IMG/VR virus record: IMGVR_UViG_3300044580_000234
Coordinates: 1-39,906 of that record
Strand: one strand, 5' to 3'
DNA: 39,906 nucleotides
From: a virus
Lineage: Duplodnaviria > Caudoviricetes
Each line of letters starts with the position of its first letter. The stretch's first letter is position 1. The notes beneath the pieces were generated by a model that made no database searches, had not been told where the DNA came from, and saw nothing but the letters and a program-made list of their open reading frames with translations. This document shows, in pieces, positions 14,547 through 23,190 of this stretch. A program made the translations under genes and the position numbers.

Positions 14547-15865
14547 GTGACACACCACGGGGCAAGCCCCGTGGCTTCTCGTTTCAATGACTGATGCAAC
14601 CGTCTGTCTCCACGAGCGTATTAGATTTGGACTTGTCCAGCCCTATCAAATTTTGTTTGTCAAATGCAAAATCCCTTATATTACACGCAGCTAAAAAATC
14701 CCTATCATGTTTAGCACCACACTCACAAACCCATTTTCTATCAGAAAGTTTCAACTCTTGATTTACTTTTCCACACACATTACAAATCTTTGAAGAAGGT
14801 TCAAATCTATCTATTCTCAATATATTCTTACCCTCCCATTCTGCTTTATACATAAGAAAAGAAATAAATGTACTCCACCCAACATCTCCAATAGATTGTG
14901 CTAAACAATGATTTTTCATCATGCCTTTTACATTCAAAGTTTCAAGACAATATGTATTGATTTGGTTTTCATCAATTAGTTCTCTTGAAACCTTATGCAA
15001 AAAATCATTTCTCTGATTTGTTATTTTTTCATGAATCTTTGCTACTCTTTTTCTCTGTTTATTTCTTCGATTACTTCCTTTCTTTTTCCTGCTTAATTTT
15101 TTTTGTTCTTTCTTTAATTTACATATAGACTTTTTCAAATGCTTGGGATTCTCAAACGACTTACCATTACTACAAACAGCAAAATCTTTTATACCCAAGT
15201 CAATTCCTATTGCTTTGTTTATATCTGGTTTTTCTTTTTTCGGTTCTGGTATGTTTTCTTCAACTAATATTGAAGCAAAGTATTTATCTGTTTTTGTTTT
15301 GTTTACCGTTACAGTTTTTATTATCCCTTCAAATTGTCTATGAAATCTACATTTTATTCCTTCTCTGAACTTCATCACGTGAAGTTTATTATTTTCAAAA
15401 TCAACTTTGTTTTTTTGTGGAAATTGACATGATTGTTTGTCATGTTTTGATTTAAATTTAGGGAATCCATTCTTTTCTCTGAAAAATCTTGTATATGCTT
15501 GGTCAAGGTTTACTAACGATGCTTGGAGTGACTGGCTATTTACTTCTTTCAGCCATTTAGTTTCTTTTTCATTTTTTAGAGAAACTAAATCTTTTTGTAT
15601 TTCAAATCGGGAAAGAGTTTTCTTTTCCTTTGTATAATGTTCTATCTTTTTTGCTAAGGCATAGTTATAGATATATCTGCAACAACCGAAATGTTTTGAC
15701 AGCAATTCTTGCTGCTGTTTATTAGGATAAAGTCTATATTTGTATGCTTTTAGTATTTTCATATTTATAATATACTACATTATTTAGAATTTGTCGAATG
15801 GCTTTTGAAATTATTTTGCCAATTCATCCTCGGGGCAAGCCCACGAGGATTTCTTGGCAGTTCCT
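14547..15865 (-). mobile_element. IS200/IS605-family tnpB-only (IS1341-type) element
   Basis: Related subterminal hairpins CCTCGTGGGCTTGCCCCGAGG (left end) and CCACGGGGCTTGCCCCGTGG (right end); right end TCAC; TTAA upstream of the left end; no tnpA. Confidence 0.85.
14584..15762 (-). CDS. tnpB: TnpB RNA-guided endonuclease
   Basis: KAYKYRLYP HTH, GIDLGIK (RuvC-I), CLETLNV (RuvC-II), CNVC…CEC zinc finger, HDRDFLAACNI (RuvC-III). Confidence 0.95.
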   Translation of the reverse strand: MKILKAYKYRLYPNKQQQELLSKHFGCCRYIYNYALAKKIEHYTKEKKTLSRFEIQKDLVSLKNEKETKWLKEVNSQSLQASLVNLDQAYTRFFREKNGFPKFKSKHDKQSCQFPQKNKVDFENNKLHVMKFREGIKCRFHRQFEGIIKTVTVNKTKTDKYFASILVEENIPEPKKEKPDINKAIGIDLGIKDFAVCSNGKSFENPKHLKKSICKLKKEQKKLSRKKKGSNRRNKQRKRVAKIHEKITNQRNDFLHKVSRELIDENQINTYCLETLNVKGMMKNHCLAQSIGDVGWSTFISFLMYKAEWEGKNILRIDRFEPSSKICNVCGKVNQELKLSDRKWVCECGAKHDRDFLAACNIRDFAFDKQNLIGLDKSKSNTLVETDGCISH

Positions 15866-15897
15866 TTAACACCTGAAGAATTTAAGAAAGTCGAGCT

Positions 15898-16260
15898 ATG
15901 CCTAAAAGAGCATTGAGACCATGCAAGCAGCCCGGATGCCCCGCCCTTGTGGAATCCGGGTACTGTGATAAGCACAGGGGTAAAGAGATTGATCATAAAC
16001 AATCTTTGCGGTCTCTGAAGTCAGAGAATGAGGCTTTCTATCACACCAATCGATGGAAAGAAACATCTAAGGCTTTTAGGGCTGCAAACCCATTCTGTGC
16101 GCCTTGCAAAAGGTCTGGAATTATCGAGCGAGTACACACCGCCCACCATGTGCCGGATCTATCTGTTTTGCTGAAAGAGGGGAAAGATCCTTACGATTGG
16201 CAATATTTAGAAGCGGTATGTTTTAACTGTCACCAGAAAGAACTAAAAAAGAAAAGATAA
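15898..16260 (+). CDS. Terminase-associated HNH endonuclease (HK97 gp74-like)
   Basis: MPKRALRPCKQPGCPALVESGYCDKH…FYHTNRW…NPFCAPC…AHH…CFNCH. Confidence 0.85.
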   Translation: MPKRALRPCKQPGCPALVESGYCDKHRGKEIDHKQSLRSLKSENEAFYHTNRWKETSKAFRAANPFCAPCKRSGIIERVHTAHHVPDLSVLLKEGKDPYDWQYLEAVCFNCHQKELKKKR

Positions 16261-16338
16261 CTACAAATGCGCCAAGGAAGCCGAAAGATAACATCAAACC
16301 GCCGCCAGCTCCACCACCGCCGCCGCCTAAAAAATAAA

Positions 16339-16352
16339 GCCCCTTTCGGGGC
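16339..16352. terminator. Hairpin terminator at the early/late convergence point
   Basis: GCCCC-TTTC-GGGGC with an A-run on the left (U-tract on the - strand). Confidence 0.65.
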
Positions 16353-16365
16353 CACCGGAGGAGAG

Positions 16366-16851
16366 CTAAACTTTAGATAAAACACCTTTCCGATAATCTG
16401 GAAAAAGCGGCCTCAATTTACTTGTCACACCAATCAGGCTTCTTGTATTCATCACAGTTTCTATTGTATGCTTGCGATATCCAGCCAGCTTTCCGCCAAC
16501 TCTGACTGCACTGTACATTAAATTCCTTTTAACCCTGTTCACTCCGGCCGCTTCCATGATTGCCAGAAATATTTTATCATTAACTTTTCTGTCAAATATT
16601 TCTCCGGCGTACAGGAAATCATGCACCAGGGCAGCCGCAGCATAGTCAGGATGGTAGGGCTGCAATGTATTCCAGAACCCCCAAGGAATTGACGCGTGAT
16701 CATATTCAAAACCTGCCGGAATTACATTCAGGTCGCCATTAATAATTATTTCAAAATCCTTTTCCAGAACAAACTTCGGCCTTCTATTTTCAAATTTATC
16801 AATCCCGTAAATGTTCGGTATCTTTTCGATTAATCTGATTTTGTATTCCAT
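16366..16851 (-). CDS. DUF1353-family protein
   Basis: IPAGFEYDHASIP…AALVHDFLY…DKIFLAIM…MYSAVRVGG. Confidence 0.85.
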   Translation of the reverse strand: MEYKIRLIEKIPNIYGIDKFENRRPKFVLEKDFEIIINGDLNVIPAGFEYDHASIPWGFWNTLQPYHPDYAAAALVHDFLYAGEIFDRKVNDKIFLAIMEAAGVNRVKRNLMYSAVRVGGKLAGYRKHTIETVMNTRSLIGVTSKLRPLFPDYRKGVLSKV

Positions 16852-16862
16852 AATCCCCCCCC

Positions 16863-17153
16863 TTAAAAACCTGCGTAGCTGTCCGGAAACACCATAAACC
16901 AGACCGCCTTGCAGTAGTTAATTGTTGATTGGAACCATGACAGATCAATACCGCTCAGAATCTTATATATCCCGGACCCAACCAGAGCGCCGACAGTTGA
17001 CCAAGTTGCAATTGTAATCTTTATTTTAGATAACTCTTTCTTAGAATTCTCATGGTCGTCATGTATATCCTGAATAAATTTCTTGTTGTTTCTGACTTCA
17101 GTTTCCACAACAGCCATCCTTTCAACTAGCCCAGTATGTTTTTCGCATGTCAT
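16863..17153 (-). CDS. Holin-like membrane protein
   Basis: Coiled coil followed by a hydrophobic C-terminus, adjacent to the putative endolysin. Confidence 0.45.
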   Translation of the reverse strand: MTCEKHTGLVERMAVVETEVRNNKKFIQDIHDDHENSKKELSKIKITIATWSTVGALVGSGIYKILSGIDLSWFQSTINYCKAVWFMVFPDSYAGF

Positions 17154-17626
17154 TTTTTATCCTCGATCAAAGGCTTGACGACCAGTTTTCCTTTTTCACC
17201 CACAGTAAACAGTTCCATAAATTCCGGCCAGAGATCAGGCGCTAACGTGAGGCATCCTGCGCTGCCCCGCCAATTCGGGTTATTTCCGGTACCGCCTGAA
17301 TGCACGAAAACCTCTGTAAATATTGTTCCGTTTGCGTTTTTTATCGGATTCCGGCTCTTAACCTCGCCGCCCTTATTTATCAGCAAGCATTTGCCATATT
17401 TAGGATGTTCTACACACTCCCATTCACATTCCTGATAATCAATCCAATCATAGACCAGCTTCCATGGGATTGGATGGCCCTGACCGTTAAGCTTGTACGG
17501 GTTCGGGCAACAACTCGCATGAGATCCCCAGAGATTCTTTTTGCCTTCGTCAACAGTTATATAGTCCCCGTATCCCATTTCTGGGTTATCGGGCTTGCTT
17601 AGACTGTGGAGAGTTATTGTTTTCAT
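17150..17626 (-). CDS. Putative endolysin with an L,D-transpeptidase-like motif
   Basis: VFVHSGG…GSAGCLTL (HxG…SxGC); lysis-cassette position. Confidence 0.55.
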   Translation of the reverse strand: MKTITLHSLSKPDNPEMGYGDYITVDEGKKNLWGSHASCCPNPYKLNGQGHPIPWKLVYDWIDYQECEWECVEHPKYGKCLLINKGGEVKSRNPIKNANGTIFTEVFVHSGGTGNNPNWRGSAGCLTLAPDLWPEFMELFTVGEKGKLVVKPLIEDKK

Positions 17627-17629
17627 AGT

Positions 17630-17905
17630 TTACCTTTGTCGAATGGCAATTTTAATACTGTAATCTTCAATCCGGCCGAGTTGTGATACTGTTCTGCATG
17701 TGATAATATACGCTTTACCTGCAGTACCGCCTGAACACCAGAAGGTAACTTTGTTATTTGTAATTGTCGGTGATTCAACAGTGATACCCTCAGGCGCAAT
17801 AATTTCTGCACTTGTAACAGTATCGTCGTCTACAAAGTGCTCTGTATAATCAAGGGTGAAATCCACCCTTGAATCCGGATCTTTAAATTTAATTGGAGTT
17901 TCCAT
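17630..17905 (-). CDS. Small virion adaptor protein (KDPD…DY family)
   Basis: KDPDSRVDFTLDY…WCSGGTAGKAYIITC motif seen beside phage fibre genes. Confidence 0.6.
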   Translation of the reverse strand: METPIKFKDPDSRVDFTLDYTEHFVDDDTVTSAEIIAPEGITVESPTITNNKVTFWCSGGTAGKAYIITCRTVSQLGRIEDYSIKIAIRQR

Positions 17906-17908
17906 ACA

Positions 17909-18412
17909 TTACCCCGCCGCTGCTGTACAAGTGACAGTGACGCTTAGAGTGTCGCCGTTAGACAGTGTTTTGTTACCGCCTGCAAATGCTCCTCCCCCGT
18001 ACAGAACGCCCGAAGTGCCACTCTTGTTAGCATTTGATACAATGAACGCTCCCCCGATCTGGGTATTGTCTGCGTTTATAGTGTACACCGCCTTGTTAGC
18101 AGAATTATTCACAGAACCACCGGTTACTTCACTAAACACTAAAGCAGGTCTCGAAGTCTCACTGTATGCTGTTACTTCATTCCATCCTGCATGGGATGCC
18201 ATTGTATCACCTGCAGCGAATACAGGACTTGCTCCCGATAATCCTAAATACCACGCGGCAGAGTAATTGCTACCCTTTAAGTGTTTATCAAGCGAATCAT
18301 TAAGACCTTCGTTAGTAACTAAGTTTGTGAAGCTTTCAACCCATTTTAGATTGCCGTTTTTATCCCTGCATTCTATTTCGTAATAGTTTTCGAGCTTCTT
18401 TTGAATATCCAT
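17909..18412 (-). CDS. Virion structural / fibre-associated protein
   Basis: NLVTNEGLN…WYLGL…GDTLSVT; Gly/Thr/Ala-rich beta protein. Confidence 0.6.
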   Translation of the reverse strand: MDIQKKLENYYEIECRDKNGNLKWVESFTNLVTNEGLNDSLDKHLKGSNYSAAWYLGLSGASPVFAAGDTMASHAGWNEVTAYSETSRPALVFSEVTGGSVNNSANKAVYTINADNTQIGGAFIVSNANKSGTSGVLYGGGAFAGGNKTLSNGDTLSVTVTCTAAAG

Positions 18413-18420
18413 AACACCCC

Positions 18421-19140
18421 CTATTTAATTTTTATGGTTCTGTTTTCAAATGGTACTTTTATTATTCTATTTTCAAATAATATTTTAATAATTCTTTCAG
18501 ATGGAGTAATTATTGTTATAGTTGAATCTGTTGCATTTAGATCTATTAATACCGAGTATCCAATGTTCAAAGCCGCTAAACCGATAGCTTGAGATATTAG
18601 ATCTATCGATAAATCTTTTTCTACTGAAATACTTGCTGAAGCGGCAGAGTTGGCCGATGAAATAATTGACTTTATTGTGCTTAATGCAACGTCGGTCTGG
18701 TAGTTTCCTGTGCTATTTGCCGAACTATCAAGCGACTTAGACAGCGATAGTTCTACGTCATAGTTTGATCCGTTAGTTGTACTTACCTGTTTTATTGCGG
18801 CCAGTATAACAACTGCGTCTGTTGTGGCTTGAGAGGATTCCAAAATAGACAATAGTTTGTCTATTGTTAATACAGCTTGAAGTACGCTTGTAGCCGAATA
18901 TTCGTTTGTAATTGACTTACTCAGAGATATTAAGTCGTTAAAGTTTCCAATGCCGCCCGAATCATATTCTATACTTTTGGAAAGATCAATTGAAGCGTTA
19001 AACATAGCGTTTACACCAGACAAAATTGATGATGATCTGGAAATGGTTATAGTTTCCTCGTATACAGTTCCACCACCAGAGGGCACAAACTGCAGTGCTC
19101 CAATATCCCAACCACCTGATTGTATCGCTCCAATGTCCAT
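18421..19140 (-). CDS. Ser/Ile-rich fibre-like protein
   Basis: Periodic L-S-K-S-I repeats; C-terminal ENRIIK repeats. Confidence 0.5.
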   Translation of the reverse strand: MDIGAIQSGGWDIGALQFVPSGGGTVYEETITISRSSSILSGVNAMFNASIDLSKSIEYDSGGIGNFNDLISLSKSITNEYSATSVLQAVLTIDKLLSILESSQATTDAVVILAAIKQVSTTNGSNYDVELSLSKSLDSSANSTGNYQTDVALSTIKSIISSANSAASASISVEKDLSIDLISQAIGLAALNIGYSVLIDLNATDSTITIITPSERIIKILFENRIIKVPFENRTIKIK

Positions 19141-19142
19141 AG

Positions 19143-20129
19143 TCAGTATCCGTACGGGTTGATTCCTGCATTAATACAAGGTGATGTTGATTGCAATCGT
19201 AAATCTTCATTTCCAGATACTTCTGATATAAACAAAGGATCAGAATGGATATTACCATGCCCTGAAACAGTGCCTAAATCAGTATCACCTAATGAATTAT
19301 TAGAAAAGCAATTATTAAAATATTTCATTACAAACAATGGTGTATTATGCGTATGAATAGCATATCCTAAATTTAATCTAAATATATTATTAACAATTGT
19401 TAGATATCTATTCGCTTCAGAGTAAAACTGTATTGCGTTTCCAGTACATTTAAAAAAAGTATTACCATTAATAAAATTCCCGTTTATTGCCACATTAGCT
19501 CTTATAGCAATATTGTTTCCAATAAATATATTATTAATAATATGCGTGTTCGTCCCACAATAAATACCTATTCCGTTATTTACAATTTGACAGCCCATGA
19601 CTATGGAATTACTAAATCTTGACGTATTTGATGAGCCAACACCTACTGAACACTCAGTAAATTTTGAAAAAAATATTTCAAATATTGATAAGGACGAAAT
19701 TGTAATAACTCCATATCCAGCACAATTTTTGAAATCGCATCTATTGATTCTACCATATACTGTGTTTGTACCTGTATAAATTGCATGTTGTGGCGAATTT
19801 CTAAATTCAATGTTTTCTATTTCAAAACATTGATTAGCAACATTAAATCTAAATATATCGCTACCTGTTGTCAATGTTGCACCGTTTAAAACAGGTTTTG
19901 TCCCATCAATTATTCCATAAGCATTCGCACCAATTACTCTGACATAACCAGAACTACTACCGGCTACAGGAAATGATAAGGGAGAAGATACTATATATTC
20001 ACCGTCTGCCATTATTATAATATCATCTCCAGCAACAGCATTAGCAACTGATTCAGATAATGTCCAAGGTGAAGACAAAGAGCCATCACCTCCACCTATT
20101 GCAAGACTTGATACGTAGTAAACTGCCAT
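19143..20129 (-). CDS. Right-handed beta-helix (pectin-lyase-like) spike / depolymerase candidate
   Basis: YYVS…GDGS..SPW, Asn-ladder repeats, DPLF…LRLQSTSPCINAG. Confidence 0.75.
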   Translation of the reverse strand: MAVYYVSSLAIGGGDGSLSSPWTLSESVANAVAGDDIIIMADGEYIVSSPLSFPVAGSSSGYVRVIGANAYGIIDGTKPVLNGATLTTGSDIFRFNVANQCFEIENIEFRNSPQHAIYTGTNTVYGRINRCDFKNCAGYGVITISSLSIFEIFFSKFTECSVGVGSSNTSRFSNSIVMGCQIVNNGIGIYCGTNTHIINNIFIGNNIAIRANVAINGNFINGNTFFKCTGNAIQFYSEANRYLTIVNNIFRLNLGYAIHTHNTPLFVMKYFNNCFSNNSLGDTDLGTVSGHGNIHSDPLFISEVSGNEDLRLQSTSPCINAGINPYGY

Positions 20130-20133
20130 AACT

Positions 20134-20451
20134 TTACCCTATCGGATTAGGAGCGATTTTCAAAATAGAATTCAATTTTGTCTTGTTTGACTCTTCAAAC
20201 TCAACAATCAGGTCTTGTAATGTGTAAATCATACAAGTAACATCATTACCAGTAATTACTGGTCTGCCATCAGTAGTTGAGCCGTCGTCAATAATATCAT
20301 TACTAACAGGGATTATTTCACCCATATTATTAGCGAGCCACTCATCTACTGTAGCCTTTGCAAAATAATACGCACGAGCTAGCTTATCAGCCGCAGCCCT
20401 AATGTTTTCGTTGCAGAACTTGACTGCCTGTGGATTGTCAATGTTTGCCAT
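20134..20451 (-). CDS. Hypothetical virion-module protein
   Basis: ORF track; operon context. Confidence 0.6.
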   Translation of the reverse strand: MANIDNPQAVKFCNENIRAAADKLARAYYFAKATVDEWLANNMGEIIPVSNDIIDDGSTTDGRPVITGNDVTCMIYTLQDLIVEFEESNKTKLNSILKIAPNPIG

Positions 20452-20453
20452 AC

Positions 20454-20687
20454 TTACCTATCTCCAGTCTCTTTCTTTTCTTCTTTGTTGACATTTGTCA
20501 CCTTCTCCTGATTTTTCAGGATCTTGACCTCTGCCTCAAGATCACCAATTCGTTTGTGCGCATCAAGTAGCAAGCTAAAAAGGGGTTGAATGATATTACT
20601 CATTACCCTTGCTCTATAATCGATCGTTTCAATCTCAAAGGCCCGTTGAACGTCTGCCAGTGTTATCTGAGTTTCTTTCTCTACCAT
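20454..20687 (-). CDS. Small coiled-coil protein
   Basis: AGGAGG RBS; ORF track. Confidence 0.6.
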   Translation of the reverse strand: MVEKETQITLADVQRAFEIETIDYRARVMSNIIQPLFSLLLDAHKRIGDLEAEVKILKNQEKVTNVNKEEKKETGDR

Positions 20688-20707
20688 AATCTCCTCCTGT
20701 TATCTGC

Positions 20708-20746
20708 AATATAATAAATATTTATCAAGTTTGATTTTTTTAATTT
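20708..20746 (-). promoter_or_regulatory. Putative phage late promoter (copy 2)
   Basis: AAATTAAAAAAATCA-N16-ATTATATT; both boxes and the spacing are identical to 35616-35654. Confidence 0.6.
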
Positions 20747-21240
20747 ATGTGCTGAGCATTGCAAAAATGAATAGCTTTTGACCGGTCAAACATCGCAAAG
20801 CTTTTACCCCTGTTTTGTTGAAATCGAATTAGGGCTGGCATTAGATCGAGTCTGCCAGCTTTTGCATCGACCGGCATCAATTCTTTAACCTTTCGGAAGC
20901 TCTCCAACTCGTCGCCGTTATAAATCATGCACTCTGGCGGCAAATGGTATACATGTGGCTCTGTTTCATCTAAAGCGAAATCTGGGTAAAAATAGAAATC
21001 CCAATCAACAACTAATACTCTGGGCTCTGTCGATAGAATGTCAACTTTAATGTGTTCTGAAACATTGCGATGCCACAGGTATTTTTGCTTCTTATCCTCT
21101 GGAGGAGTACCGTATTTTTCAGGCACATTTATTACTTGTTCATAAGGAGCATTACGGTTAACACACCACTGCATTACAGAGCTAATGCAGTGCTTTAAAT
21201 GTTCGGGTACAGATCCGAGTATTATCTGTTTTACTATCAT
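20740..21240 (-). CDS. DxD glycosyltransferase-like protein
   Basis: HCISSV..WC…SEHIKVDIL…LVVDWDF; ATG 21240 overlaps the fibre stop. Confidence 0.5.
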   Translation of the reverse strand: MIVKQIILGSVPEHLKHCISSVMQWCVNRNAPYEQVINVPEKYGTPPEDKKQKYLWHRNVSEHIKVDILSTEPRVLVVDWDFYFYPDFALDETEPHVYHLPPECMIYNGDELESFRKVKELMPVDAKAGRLDLMPALIRFQQNRGKSFAMFDRSKAIHFCNAQHIN

Positions 21241-23189
21241 GGCTCTAACTCCCAATGTACTGTAGAGTATATAAAACCGTAAACAAATGCAGGATAGTAA
21301 GCACCACCGTAATTGGTCTTTCCGAAGCATTTTAGTATTAAGCCATTGTTTGGAGAAACAGTTATACCTTCATAATCAGAGGAAAACTTTACCATGACAA
21401 CAATAGGCAGTGAGTCGTACTCATTGAAAACCCATACCTCGTCACCCTCCTGAGCATTATTAAAGAATATTGCTGGTGAGGGATGTAATGTTGTTTTGAT
21501 TCTGAAATTCCACGTAGTTTCATTATCAAGGTTTATCTCAGTATAGTTAAGACTGAGCGTCTTTCTTACAAAGGCCCCAGTGTTGAGTTTGTTAGTTTTA
21601 AGCTTGCCATTTACAAGTGTATTACCCTCAACCTCAAGCCTATTACCGCCGACAAAAGTGTTTTTACCAAAAGCAGTATTACCACTTAAGTTGGTATAGA
21701 TTGCAGGTGTTAATGTTGCTATTCCATCAGCAATACTATTACTTGCAACTTGCACACTAAATTGATTATGCGCAAGCGTTGTAATAACCCCACCTGAATT
21801 GGTAGAGCCATACCTATAACGCCAATTACTACCGTCATGATATAAGTTGTGCATAATGTTCAATGCGGTTGATGGCAGGCCATACAAAGTATTATGCTGA
21901 TCAAGTGCTAAAGTCCATCGGTGATCATTTGCTGGTCTTGTGCCAAAGTACATTCTTGGATTAACTCTTACAGCCCCAGTAATTGTGCCATTTCCATCAC
22001 CTGCTATTAGTTCTAAATTACCATACCCATCTGTTGATTCGTTGCCTCTGAGAGCGATTGTCGCTCCTCTTGTAGATTCATATGAACAACCACCGCTGAG
22101 TAACAATGTTTTAGTATCTGAACCATCTGTTGTATTATTAACGATTCTCAATCCAGCAGCGCCGCTACCGATTATTGATCCTGCAAACGTGGCATTTGCG
22201 GAAAAGGTTTTTGCTCCGCTAATAGTTTGAGTATTGTCAGTATAAACTATATTGCTAGGGAGTTTAGCAGATGACAAACTGGGCAAGTCAGCCTCTTCCA
22301 GCGCTCGCCGGGTCCAGTTCGTCCCGTTTGATATTAACACATGCCTATTGCTGTGAGTAAGTGCAGCGATTGTCGTTAAATCAGAGTCAAGGGGCTGTTT
22401 GCCGTCAAGAGCAGTCTGTAAATTTGTGACATCTGCTATAGCATGCGTATGTGCTGCTGGTGCAAATACACTGGGTTTGTCTGAAATCTCTGACCACGCA
22501 TGACTGTGACTTATTGCTGCTGCTCCAATATCAGCACGCACTTGAGCGGCGGTTCTGGTCTTAATTGTATTTTCTTCGTGAGTAAGAAATACTGATGCTG
22601 CCGTTGATTTTGCTACAATCGTATTTACTTTTAAATCTGAATTTAGAATAGTGTTCGAAACGCTGCCTGTTTTTTGAAATTTTGCTATTTCAAGATACTG
22701 CCCTGGCTCACTTGGGTTTTCAGTCTCTATAACAATTGGTCTGTTGTACTGTGTCCTTATTACATAAGAATCACCAACAACACCAATATTCAAGCCATCG
22801 TGCTCACCCGATCCTGTTGTCGTGTTAGTCAACTTTATAAGAGCGTTTGCGCTTGACGCTTGGTGCAAATGGAGCTTTGCACCAATTGCCGGAGAAATAC
22901 CAATTCCCAGTTTTTTATTTATCGAGTCGTAAATTAAAACACTATCAGAAGATGCTGCACCCTCCGAATCTGAAAAAAATACCCGTGATGCTGGAGTGTT
23001 AGAAGAACCGGAAGCGTCACACATCAACTTACACAAATTTCCGACACCATCTTTTATAAACAACTTTCCAAGCTCATTTACAACCTTGCTTTTCAGTATT
23101 GGCATAGCTTGAGCGTCAGCGTAAGTTCCATTTGAAAAGTAAAATTCAATTTCCTCTGCACCAGGTATTGTTATCGCATTTGCTGCCAT
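21237..23189 (-). CDS. Tail fibre / receptor-binding protein
   Basis: HSHAWSEISDKP…HTHAIADVTNLQTALDGK fibre repeats; QTISGAKTF; LGIG…LEVEGN shaft motifs. Confidence 0.85.
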   Translation of the reverse strand: MAANAITIPGAEEIEFYFSNGTYADAQAMPILKSKVVNELGKLFIKDGVGNLCKLMCDASGSSNTPASRVFFSDSEGAASSDSVLIYDSINKKLGIGISPAIGAKLHLHQASSANALIKLTNTTTGSGEHDGLNIGVVGDSYVIRTQYNRPIVIETENPSEPGQYLEIAKFQKTGSVSNTILNSDLKVNTIVAKSTAASVFLTHEENTIKTRTAAQVRADIGAAAISHSHAWSEISDKPSVFAPAAHTHAIADVTNLQTALDGKQPLDSDLTTIAALTHSNRHVLISNGTNWTRRALEEADLPSLSSAKLPSNIVYTDNTQTISGAKTFSANATFAGSIIGSGAAGLRIVNNTTDGSDTKTLLLSGGCSYESTRGATIALRGNESTDGYGNLELIAGDGNGTITGAVRVNPRMYFGTRPANDHRWTLALDQHNTLYGLPSTALNIMHNLYHDGSNWRYRYGSTNSGGVITTLAHNQFSVQVASNSIADGIATLTPAIYTNLSGNTAFGKNTFVGGNRLEVEGNTLVNGKLKTNKLNTGAFVRKTLSLNYTEINLDNETTWNFRIKTTLHPSPAIFFNNAQEGDEVWVFNEYDSLPIVVMVKFSSDYEGITVSPNNGLILKCFGKTNYGGAYYPAFVYGFIYSTVHWELEP

Positions 23190-23190
23190 T

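Larger units (their letters stand above)
14418..15916 (+). pseudogene. 59-aa phage gene interrupted by the IS element
   Basis: 14418-14546 (…LDIRAK) joins in frame to 15866-15916 (LTPEEFKKVELCLKEH*) when the IS is removed. Confidence 0.7.

Noticed and set aside
21237-23189. Tail fibre as a diversity-generating retroelement target
   Set aside because: No reverse transcriptase gene, and I saw no adenine-variant template/variable repeat pair.
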